Positions 9,404 to 18,300 of a stretch of DNA of 64,000 bases are shown here, piece after piece. Origin of the DNA: Alphaproteobacteria bacterium (GTDB lineage Bacteria; Pseudomonadota; Alphaproteobacteria; Bin95). The notes below the pieces were generated by a model, which worked only from the letters and a program-made list of their open reading frames with translations, did not search any database and had not been told where the DNA came from. The position numbers and the translations under genes are program-made. The DNA lies in the NCBI GenBank assembly GCA_020638555.1, contig JACKII010000006.1:137140-201139 (forward strand), read 5' to 3'. Within the stretch, counting starts at the first letter, position 1, and the number at the start of each line of letters is the position of its first letter.

Positions 9404-10555
9404 CTAGCCGTCTTTAGAGGGATTGCCGTCAGGGTCCGTCGCCATTTGCGGCGCAACCTTGCCGCCGGGACGGGCATTCTGGTGGCCGCTGACGATCACG
9501 CGATCACCCTTTTCGAGGCCGGATTTGACGACGATCACCGATCCGCGTTGCTCGCCCACGATCAGGCGTTTGATGCGCACCGTGTCATCCTTGTCGACGA
9601 CCAGCGCATAGGCGCCCTGCTGGTCCAGCAACAGGCCGGCCTGTTGCATCACCAGTTTCTCCTCCGGCGCCTTGCGGACAACCTCGACATTGACCAGTTG
9701 CTGGTCGACCAGCAACTGGTCCGGATTGGGGATGCTGGCGCGGACCTCGACCGAGTCGGTGGCCGCCGACGCCTGGACATCCGCGAACTGGATATGGCCC
9801 TTGTGGGGGTAGAGCGAGCCATCCCCCAGATGGAGTTGCACATAGACGCTGTCGGCACCCTCGCCGATTTTCTGCACCTGCAACAGCAGCCATTGCGGCA
9901 CCGGGAAGCGTACGAAGATCGGGTCTTGCGCCACCAGCATCACCAGGGGTCCGCTGGACGGCCCCACCAGATTGCCCACGGAATAGGCCGAACGGCCGAT
10001 GCGGCCGTCCATGGGCGCGCTGATCTTGGTGTAACTGAGATTCAGGCGCGCAGTGCCCAGGTCCGCCTTGCGGGCCTGAAGGTTCGCCTGCGATTGCGCC
10101 AGGTTCGCGGCGGCTTCGTCCAGGCTGGCCCGGGCGACGTTGTTGCGGCTCGCCAGCGCTCTCATCCGGTCGAAGGTTTGGTTGGCCAGTGTCACCGCGG
10201 CTTCGGCGCTGACGACATTGGCTTCGGCCTGTTGCTCCGCCAGTTGAAACGTGTCGGGTTCGATTTGGTACAGCAATTCGTCTTTTTTGACGTCCGCGCC
10301 TTCCTCGAACAGCCGCGCCTTCAAGAACCCTTGCACGCGCGCCCGGACTTCCACCTTGTCGATGGCTTCGACGCGACCGGAGAATGTGCGGGTGTTGGTC
10401 AGGTCCTTCAATTCGGCCGGCGCCACGACCACCGACGGCGGAGGCGGCGGCGCTGTCTGACTCTGCGCCTGCTTCTCATCGCAGCCCGAGAGCAACCCTG
10501 CGGCGAGTAACATCAAAACTGCCGGGACGGCAAAGCGCATTCTCGCTCTCTCCAT
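9404..10555 (-). CDS. RND efflux periplasmic adaptor (membrane fusion protein, AcrA-type lipoprotein)
   Basis: Lipobox LLSGC after a hydrophobic signal. Coiled-coil hairpin region (AEQQAEANVVSAEAAVTLANQTFDRMRAL, AQSQANLQARKADLGTARLNLSYTKISAPMDGRIG). Alternative start ATG 10540 (MRFAV) also has a good RBS. Confidence 0.9.
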   Translation of the reverse strand: MERARMRFAVPAVLMLLAAGLLSGCDEKQAQSQTAPPPPPSVVVAPAELKDLTNTRTFSGRVEAIDKVEVRARVQGFLKARLFEEGADVKKDELLYQIEPDTFQLAEQQAEANVVSAEAAVTLANQTFDRMRALASRNNVARASLDEAAANLAQSQANLQARKADLGTARLNLSYTKISAPMDGRIGRSAYSVGNLVGPSSGPLVMLVAQDPIFVRFPVPQWLLLQVQKIGEGADSVYVQLHLGDGSLYPHKGHIQFADVQASAATDSVEVRASIPNPDQLLVDQQLVNVEVVRKAPEEKLVMQQAGLLLDQQGAYALVVDKDDTVRIKRLIVGEQRGSVIVVKSGLEKGDRVIVSGHQNARPGGKVAPQMATDPDGNPSKDG

Positions 10556-10929
10556 GAACCAAACTTCCTCGGTTTGCCATATCGGTAAAACGGTGCGGTA
10601 GCGTCAGCGAAACTGCTTACCCAAATCAGCGAGCTTCCCTATTACCCGGACTCGGGTATGTGCACAACAATAACACGTTGTCGCACTTTGTCTTTTGCGG
10701 CAGTATAGTAGCAACGGTGACGGTGAGCAACCATTGGTGAAAGTCTTCTAAACACCATCGACACCGAAGCGGGATGCGACCGGGGTTTTGTCGGCAGTGC
10801 TGATCAAATTTGTCTATATGCCACGCGCCGGCAGGTCTGTGGGGAGGGGCGCGGGTGCCGGGGCAATTGTCGCTGGCGTATCTCGGTCCGCTCGGCGTAA
10901 GATTTCCCCGAATAACGGAGGAAACAGCC

Positions 10930-11496
10930 ATGTCACGAGCATCCAAGGCGACGCCGGTGGGGATCAACCACGTGGTTCTCAACGTGCGGAACATGGAAGA
11001 GTCGCACCGCTTTTGGACCGAAGTGGTCGGCATGCACCAGGTGGGCCAGTTGAAGCCGCGCCCGGACCGCCCCAATCCGCCGAACATGCGCTTCTATAGC
11101 GGCCTGCGTCAGGGCCGGGAGAACCACCACGATCTCGCGCTGGTCGAGAATCCGAACCTGCCGGAACCGCCGGAAGAATGGAGCATGTTCGGCATGCCGT
11201 CGGCGGTCAACCACATCGCCATCACCTTTCCCGACCGCGAGTCTTGGATGAAGCACCTGGAATATCTTCAGGAAAAAGGGGTGAAATTCAACCGTCGCGT
11301 CGATCATGGCATGACCCACAGCTTGTATATCAACGACCCCAACGGCTATGGCGTCGAACTGCTCTACGAGCTGCCGCGGGATGTCTGGGGCGGCGATATC
11401 GACGGCGCCCTGAACTGGGCCCGCGCCCTGCCGACCGAGGGCAAGGAGGCGCTCGAAGACGCGACCGACGACCTGCCCGTGTTCGGCAAGGCCTGA
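10930..11496 (+). CDS. VOC family protein (glyoxalase/extradiol dioxygenase fold)
   Basis: ORF 10810..11496; preferred start is ATG 10930 (MSRASKATPVGINHVVLNVRNMEESHRFW) with GGAGGAA RBS. Second beta-alpha-beta-beta-beta module: VNHIAITFPDRESW ... HSLYINDPNGYGVEL. Confidence 0.75.
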   Translation: MSRASKATPVGINHVVLNVRNMEESHRFWTEVVGMHQVGQLKPRPDRPNPPNMRFYSGLRQGRENHHDLALVENPNLPEPPEEWSMFGMPSAVNHIAITFPDRESWMKHLEYLQEKGVKFNRRVDHGMTHSLYINDPNGYGVELLYELPRDVWGGDIDGALNWARALPTEGKEALEDATDDLPVFGKA

Positions 11497-11506
11497 CGAG
11501 GCGTCC

Positions 11507-11893
11507 ATGCCCAAGCGCCAGAGCATCGAAATCCCCGGCTTCAGCCACGCCAACCCGATTCCGGGCGCGAGCCGCATCGGCAATCTGATGATGTCGAGCG
11601 TCATCGGCGGCCGGGACCCGGGCGCAAGCACCATGCCGCCGGATCTTGGCGGGCAGATCGCCAACGTCTTCACCCATATCCGCAGCGCCATGGCGGCGGC
11701 GGGCGGCTCGCCGGACAATATCCTGCGCATCACGTTTTATGTGCGGGATGCGGCGGAGGGCCGGGCAGCGCTGAACGGCGAGTGGGAGAAGATGTTCCCA
11801 GACCCCGAGTCCCGCCCCGCCCGGCACACCATCGCCGTGCCCGGCAGCGGTCCCGGTCTGGTCTCGTGCGAGTTCGTGGCGGTGCTGGACTGA
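11507..11893 (+). CDS. RidA/YjgF/UK114 family protein
   Basis: 128 aa. The size and pattern (GNLMMSSVIGG ... QIANVFTHIRSAMAAAGGSPDNILRITFYV ... CEFVAVLD) fit the RidA-like fold. Confidence 0.7.
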   Translation: MPKRQSIEIPGFSHANPIPGASRIGNLMMSSVIGGRDPGASTMPPDLGGQIANVFTHIRSAMAAAGGSPDNILRITFYVRDAAEGRAALNGEWEKMFPDPESRPARHTIAVPGSGPGLVSCEFVAVLD

Positions 11894-11922
11894 CGTCCCG
11901 ACCGGAATGGAGAGCATTTGAC

Positions 11923-14253
11923 ATGAAATTCGGTGTCGGCCAGCCGGCCACCCGGCTGGAGGATATTCGTCTGGTCCAGGGCCAGGGCCATTTCCAGGAC
12001 GACCGGCAACTGCCGGGTCAGGTCTATACGGTGTTCGTCCGCTCGCCCCACGCCCATGCGAAGATCAACGGCGTCGCGACCGCCGCTGCCAGGGCCGCGC
12101 CGGGCGTGCTGGCGGTCTATACCGGGGCGGACTATGCCGCCGACGGCCTCGGCATGCCGAAGGCGACGCAGCCGCGCAAGCGCGCCGACGGCTCGCCCAT
12201 GTTCGCGCCGCAGCGCCCGGCCATGATGGTCGACCGGGTGCGCTATGTCGGCGACACCGTGGCCATGGTCATCGCCGAGACCCTGAACCAGGCCAAGGAC
12301 GCCGCCGAACTGGTGGACGTCGACTACGAACCGCTGCCGTCGGTCACCGACACGGCCTTCGCCGCCGATCCGGCCTCGCCGCCGATCTGGGAGGGCAACC
12401 CCGACAACATCTCGCACCGCCACGAGCGCGGCGACAGGGCCAAGACCGAGGCGGCTTTCGCCGGGGCGGCCCACATCGTCAAGCGCCGCTATGTCATCAC
12501 CCGCGTCCACGCCCAGTATATGGAGCCGCGCGGCTCGCTGGGGGTCTGGGATGCGGGCGACGAGCGCTATGTGCTCTATGCCGACGTGAACTACCCGCAC
12601 CGGGTGCGCAACATGCTGGCCAACCAGGTGTTTCGCGTGCCGGAAAGCGCGGTCCGCGTCGTGGTGCAGGATGTGGGCGGCGGCTTCGGCACCAAGGGCT
12701 GGCAGTATGTCGACCACCGGCTGGTGCTGTGGGCGGCCCGGAAGCTCGGCCGGCCGGTGCGCTGGACCTGCGAGCGCTCGGAGGCCGTCATGGCTGACGA
12801 GCACGGGCGCGACAATATCGGCGAGATTTCCCTGGCCTTCGATGCCGGGGGCAAACTCCTGGGCCTGCACCTCGACATGATCGCCAATATCGGCGCCTAT
12901 GTCGCCAGCGACCGGCAATTGCTGACGCCCTTCGGCCAGATCGGCACCGTGACCGGCGTCTATGACATTCCGGCGGCCTATGTCTGCATCGACGCGGTGC
13001 TGACCAACACCAACCCGACCGCCCCCTATCGCGGCGCCGGCCGGCCGGAAGCCATCTATCTGATCGAGCGCGCGATGGATGCCGCCGCCGACGAACTGGG
13101 CATCGACCGGCTGGAATTGCGCCGGCGCAACATGATCCAGCCCGCGCAACTACCCTACAAGACGCCGTTGGGGCCGCACTATGATGTGGGCGCCTTTCCC
13201 GACAATCTGGACCGGGCTTTGACGCTCGCCGATGTCGCCGGTTTTGCCGCGCGCCGGGCCGAATCGGCGGCGCGCGGCAAGCTGCGCGGGCTCGGCATCG
13301 CCAACGCCATCGAGCAGGCGGCCGGCCCGCAGCCGGAATATGCGGAGGTGCGCTTCAACCCTTCCGGCACGGCACTGCTGATGCTGGGCACCAAGAGCCA
13401 CGGCCAGGGCCACGAGACGGTGTTCAAGCAAATCCTGCACGAAAAGCTGGGCATCGACCCGGCGGACGTGCGCTTTATCGACGGCGACACCGACCGCGTC
13501 GCCTTCGGCATGGGCTCGAACGGATCGCGGTCCATGGCCATTGGCGGGTCGGCGCTGGTGCTGGCGGCGGACAAGATCATCGCCAAGGGCAAACGGCTGG
13601 CCGCGCACCTGCTGGAGGCGGGGGAAGGCGACGTGGAATTCGCGGACGGCGCGTTCAGCGTCGTCGGCACGGACCGAAAGCTCGCCCTGAAGGACGTCGC
13701 CCGTGCGGCCTTCCAGCCGGCGCGTCTGCCGCAAGGGATGGAGCCGGGCTTCTATGAGAACGCCACCTTCAGCGCGAGCGAGCCGACCTATCCGAACAGC
13801 TGCCATGTCTGCGAGGTGGAGGTGGACCCGGAAACCGGCCGCACCCAGGCGCTGGGCTATTGGGTGGTGGACGATGTGGGCACGGTCATCAATCCGCTGA
13901 CGTTGAAAGGCCAGATCCACGGCGGCATCGCCCAGGGCATCGGCCAGGCGCTGATGGAGCGCGTGGTCTACGACCCCGACAGCGGCCAGTTGCTGAGCGC
14001 CAGCTTCATGGACTACGCCATGCCGCGGGCCGGCGACCTGTCCTCGGTCGCGGTCGAGAGCAACCCGATTCCCACCGCCCGCAACCTGCTGGGCGCAAAG
14101 GGGGCCGGGGAGGCGGGTACGGTCGGAGCACTGCCCAGCTTCATGCTGGCGGTGATGGATGCGCTGCGCCCGCTCGGTGTGCGGGACCTGGACATGCCGG
14201 CAACGCCGGAAGCCGTGTGGCGGGCGATCCAGGCCGCGCGTTCGGCCGGCTGA
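11923..14253 (+). CDS. Xanthine dehydrogenase/CoxL-family molybdopterin-binding subunit
   Basis: ORF 11782..14253; preferred start is ATG 11923 (MKFGVGQPATRLEDIRLVQGQGHFQDD). Family-typical blocks: YTGADYAADGLG, APYRGAGRPEAIYLIERAMD, NPLTLKGQIHGGIAQGIGQALMERVVYD, GAKGAGEAGTVGALPS. Confidence 0.88.
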   Translation: MKFGVGQPATRLEDIRLVQGQGHFQDDRQLPGQVYTVFVRSPHAHAKINGVATAAARAAPGVLAVYTGADYAADGLGMPKATQPRKRADGSPMFAPQRPAMMVDRVRYVGDTVAMVIAETLNQAKDAAELVDVDYEPLPSVTDTAFAADPASPPIWEGNPDNISHRHERGDRAKTEAAFAGAAHIVKRRYVITRVHAQYMEPRGSLGVWDAGDERYVLYADVNYPHRVRNMLANQVFRVPESAVRVVVQDVGGGFGTKGWQYVDHRLVLWAARKLGRPVRWTCERSEAVMADEHGRDNIGEISLAFDAGGKLLGLHLDMIANIGAYVASDRQLLTPFGQIGTVTGVYDIPAAYVCIDAVLTNTNPTAPYRGAGRPEAIYLIERAMDAAADELGIDRLELRRRNMIQPAQLPYKTPLGPHYDVGAFPDNLDRALTLADVAGFAARRAESAARGKLRGLGIANAIEQAAGPQPEYAEVRFNPSGTALLMLGTKSHGQGHETVFKQILHEKLGIDPADVRFIDGDTDRVAFGMGSNGSRSMAIGGSALVLAADKIIAKGKRLAAHLLEAGEGDVEFADGAFSVVGTDRKLALKDVARAAFQPARLPQGMEPGFYENATFSASEPTYPNSCHVCEVEVDPETGRTQALGYWVVDDVGTVINPLTLKGQIHGGIAQGIGQALMERVVYDPDSGQLLSASFMDYAMPRAGDLSSVAVESNPIPTARNLLGAKGAGEAGTVGALPSFMLAVMDALRPLGVRDLDMPATPEAVWRAIQAARSAG

Positions 14254-14370
14254 ACCGGCACCTTGGTCCTATCCGGTTGTTGCGGATTGCAATTGCGGTG
14301 GCAGTTGTATGTGGTACCCTGTTCGCGGAGATGCATATGTGCTTCCGCTCTGAGAAGGCAGGTCCAAGCA

Positions 14371-15186
14371 ATGCGTACAACCGCTATTTCCGCTGTGTTT
14401 TCGGCCATCGCCTGTGCAATGGGCGGGGCGGCCGTGGCGGCCGATGGTTTCATCACCATTGCGCCGGGGAATATCCCCAATTTTTTCGCCATCGGCATTG
14501 GCGCCGCACCGGACTATCTGGGCTCAGACAACTACATGGCCGGCGGCGCTCCCGCCGGTCGGGTGGCGATTGGCGAGCACCGCTATGTGAGCCTGGAGGC
14601 GAACTATCTGAGTGTGAATCTGATCAACGATCCGCACTTCCAGGCCGGGCCGTCCGGGCTGTATCGCTTCGGGCGGGACAATGTGGACGACCGGTTGGTG
14701 GACAAGCTGCCGGACATCGACAACACCGTCGAGTTGGGCGCATTCGTCGGCTATGAGTGGTGGGACGAGGACGATTCCCGCAATCGCTGGCGGATCGGAG
14801 CCGACTTCCTGCACGATGTCGGCGGCGTGCATAACGGCTTCGTCGTCAGCGCGTCGCTGCGCAAGTGGTTTGCCATCGGCTCGACCGGGGCATTGGGGAT
14901 TGGCCTCGCCACCTCCTACGGGTCCGACGACTATACCGACAAGTATTTTTCGGTGACGAGCCGCGGCGCGGCGGCCAGCGGCCTGCACATGTTCCAGGCC
15001 GATGGCGGCATGCGCGACGCGCGGTTGACGGCCCTTTATGTCCAACCGATTTCGCAATCGTGGATCGTCGGCGCCGGTGCGATGTATTCGCGCTTTCTGG
15101 GCGACGCCGCCGACAGCCCGGTGGTGGACGACCGCGGCGATGCCAACCAGTTCATTTTCGGCGTGGGCGCCGGCTATACGTGGTGA
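14371..15186 (+). CDS. MipA/OmpV-family outer-membrane protein
   Basis: ORF 14263..15186; preferred start is ATG 14371 (MRTTAISAVFSAIACAMGGAAVAADG, a Sec signal). Alternating beta-strand pattern with aromatic C-terminus GVGAGYTW. Confidence 0.7.
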   Translation: MRTTAISAVFSAIACAMGGAAVAADGFITIAPGNIPNFFAIGIGAAPDYLGSDNYMAGGAPAGRVAIGEHRYVSLEANYLSVNLINDPHFQAGPSGLYRFGRDNVDDRLVDKLPDIDNTVELGAFVGYEWWDEDDSRNRWRIGADFLHDVGGVHNGFVVSASLRKWFAIGSTGALGIGLATSYGSDDYTDKYFSVTSRGAAASGLHMFQADGGMRDARLTALYVQPISQSWIVGAGAMYSRFLGDAADSPVVDDRGDANQFIFGVGAGYTW

Positions 15187-15361
15187 CCCGCCGCTGACCC
15201 GAAGACTCCGTCGCCGGGTCTTCTGACCGAGCTGCCGGGCGGCCAGCCTCGCGCGCAAGGACAGGCTGCCTCGCGGCCAACCTAGCCCAAGATACGAAAC
15301 GCCGGGCAATTTTCTGAAGCTTGGCCGCGCCACCCGGTTTCCCGGAGGCACGGCATTGGGC

Positions 15362-18300
15362 CTATACGGTATGGCAGTCCTGCGCCAGATCGTCGAAGGG
15401 TACGCCGATGATCAAGGGTTGGACATTGCCATTGGCTTCGGCCTCCGGGGTCGGGTCGAGCACCAGTCCGACAAGATCGCCGGCACCGGCTGCGTAGCCT
15501 TCGCCGTTCGCCACGGCCAGGTCGTGGATCTCCTGCGCGTTGGCTTGGGTGCCCAGGCCGCTGCTGACAAACACGAAGTCGTCGGTCAGGCCCCAGATCG
15601 CGCCTTGTACCTCGGCCTCGGTATAGGTCTGGCCGGTGCCGTCGCCGTTGTCCATCGAGGCGAAATCCTGATTCAGGATCCAGTTGATCAGATCCAGATT
15701 CTCGGGATGCCCGAGAATACCCGTCGGGACCGAACCCTCGGCAGCGAGGTAGAAGTCGTAGGGGACGTCGACCCCGACATCGATCGGCTCGAACAAGGCG
15801 AGGCAGTCGGCGCTTTCGAAGGTGACGCCGTCGAAACGGGCGTCGCCGGTGTTCGACAGCGTCACGTCGAACAGACTGCCGCCATAGGTCCTGTCCTCGC
15901 TCAGGACCAGCGTGCCGCTGGTCGGCAGGCTGGTTTCGATGGTCCCCAGTGTGTTGGTGGTGCCGTGGAAGGTGATGTCGACAGTGGCGCTGTCGACGCC
16001 GCCAAGGCCGTCGCTGACGGTATAGGCATAGCTGGCGCCCGTGTCGGTCCCGACCAGCGCGTCCTCATAGGCCGTGCCGGTCGCATCGAAAACCAACTCT
16101 CCGCCGGACAAGGTGATTTGCACGCCGTCCGACGCGGTGACGGTCTGCCCATCGGCAATCGACTGGCCGTCGACCGAGGTGATGGTCAGGCTGTTCCCAT
16201 CGGCATCCGTGTCGTTGGCCAGCACGTCGACCGTCACAGGGGTGTCCGCGCAGGTCTGGTCCGCATCGTCCATCGCGACCGGCGCGGCATTCAACTGCAC
16301 CAGGCCCGCATCCACATCGCGCTCGGCCTGGCCTGCGGCGAGACTGATCACGCCGGTCAGGCCGCCCGCGCGGGCGTCGCTGTCATTGTTGACCGCATCC
16401 GGCGCCGCCGCGCTCGCCGTCGTGAAGGCATAACCGTCCGCCGTCGTGAACCGCACCTGGTAGTTGCCGGCGTCGAGATGGTCGAACAGATACTGGCCGG
16501 CGGCGTCGGTGGCGGTCGACGCCAGCACCGCGCCGGTGCCCGCGTCGATCAGGCTGACGGTCAGGCCCGCGGCGCCTTGCTCGCCAGCGTTCCGCACGCC
16601 GTCCTTGTTGGCGTCGAACCAGACCGTGTCGCCCAGCGAGGCGTGCCGGTGGCATCCACATCGCGTTCGGCCGAGACTGATCACGCCAGTCAGGCCGCCC
16701 CGCGCAGGCGTCGCTGTCATTGTTGACCGCATCCGGCGCCGCCTCGCCGTCGTGAAGGACCAGGCCGCGCGTAGTTGCCGGCGTCGAGATGGTCGCGATA
16801 CTGGCCGGCGTTTGACGGTCCGCAGCACGCGCCGATCGGTCAGGCCGGCGCTCGTTGGTGGCAGGCAGACCGTGTCGCCCAGCGAGGCCGTGCGTCGCCA
16901 TCGCAGCTGCCTGCGGCGAGCATCCGCCGCCGCGCGGGCGTCGCTGTCATTGTTGACCGCATCCGGCGCCGCCGCGCTCGCCGTCGTGAAGGCATAACCG
17001 TCCGCCGTCGTGAACCGCACCTGGTAGTTGCCGGCGTCGAGATGGTCGAACAGATACTGGCCGGCGGCGTCGGTGGCGGTCGACGCCAGCACCGCGCCGG
17101 TGCCCGCGTCGATCAGGCTGACGGTCAGGCCCGCGGCGCCTTGCTCGCCAGCGTTCCGCACGCCGTCCTTGTTGGCGTCGAACCAGACCGTGTCGCCCAG
17201 CGAGGCCGTGCCGGTGTCGACCAGGCCCGCATCCACATCGCGTTCGGCCTCGCCTGCGGCGAGACTGATCACGCCGGTCAGGCCGCCCGCGCGGGCGTCG
17301 CTGTCATTGTTGACCGCATCCGGCGCCGTCGCGCTCGCCGTCGTGAAGGCATAACCGTCCGCCGTCGTGAACCGCACCTGGTAGTTGCCGGCGTCGAGAT
17401 GGTCGAACAGATACTGGCCGTTGGCGTTGGTGACGGTCGTCGCCAGCGCCGCGCCGGTGCCCGCATCGATCAGGCTGACGGTCAGGCCGGCGGCGCCTTG
17501 CTCGCCAGCGTTCCGCACGCCGTCCTTGTTGGCATCGAACCAGACCGTGTCGCCCAGCGAGGCCGTGCCGGTGTCGACCAGGCCCGCGTCGATATTGCGT
17601 TGGGCCTCGCCGATCGACAGGGACACCACGCCGGTCAGGTTGCTGGCGGCCGCGTCGCTGTCGTTGTTGGCGGCATCCGGCGCCAGGGGGCTCTGCGTCG
17701 TCAACGCATAGCCGTTGGGAGTGACGAATTCGACCTGATAGATGCCGGCTTTGAGGTTATCGAACAGATAATGGCCGGCGGCGTCGGTGATCGTCGTCGC
17801 GACCAGCGAACCGTTCGCCGAGTTGATCAGTTCGACGGTGACGCCCCCGGCGCCCTGTTCGCCATTGTTCAGCAGGCCATCCTTGTTCGTGTCGTACCAG
17901 ACGGTATCGCCCAGCGAGGCCGTGCCCGGATCGACCAGGCCCGCGTCGATGTTCAGTTGGACCTCGCCTTCGGTCAGGTAAATCGTGTCGGTCATGCCGT
18001 TCGCATGAGCATCCGAGTCGGTGTTCGCGAGTTCCGGTCCGTACGGCGCCTTGGTGGTGAACGCATAGCCGCCGGGCGCAACGAACATCACCTTATAGGC
18101 GCCGGGGTCCAGATCCTCGAACAGGTAATGGCCGTTCGCGTCCGTCACCTTGGTCGCCAAGACCGCACCCGAAGCCGCGTCCAGCAGCTTGACGGTCACG
18201 CCGGCGGCGCCGTGCTCGCCGATGTCCTGCAGGCCGTTCTGATTGGTATCGTACCAGACCGTGTCGCCCAGCGAGGGCTTGTCGCAGATCTCGATCCGCA

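Noticed and set aside
11737-13920. Minus-strand ORFs 11737..13149 (470 aa) and 13150..13920 (256 aa) over the Mo-hydroxylase gene.
   Set aside because: These are shadow ORFs. The plus frame has the conserved CoxL/XDH blocks.
16300-18280. 357-bp tandem repeats as a CRISPR array, IS or satellite DNA.
   Set aside because: The repeats are in frame and encode Cna-B/SdrD-B-type domains of a continuous 2058-aa ORF.
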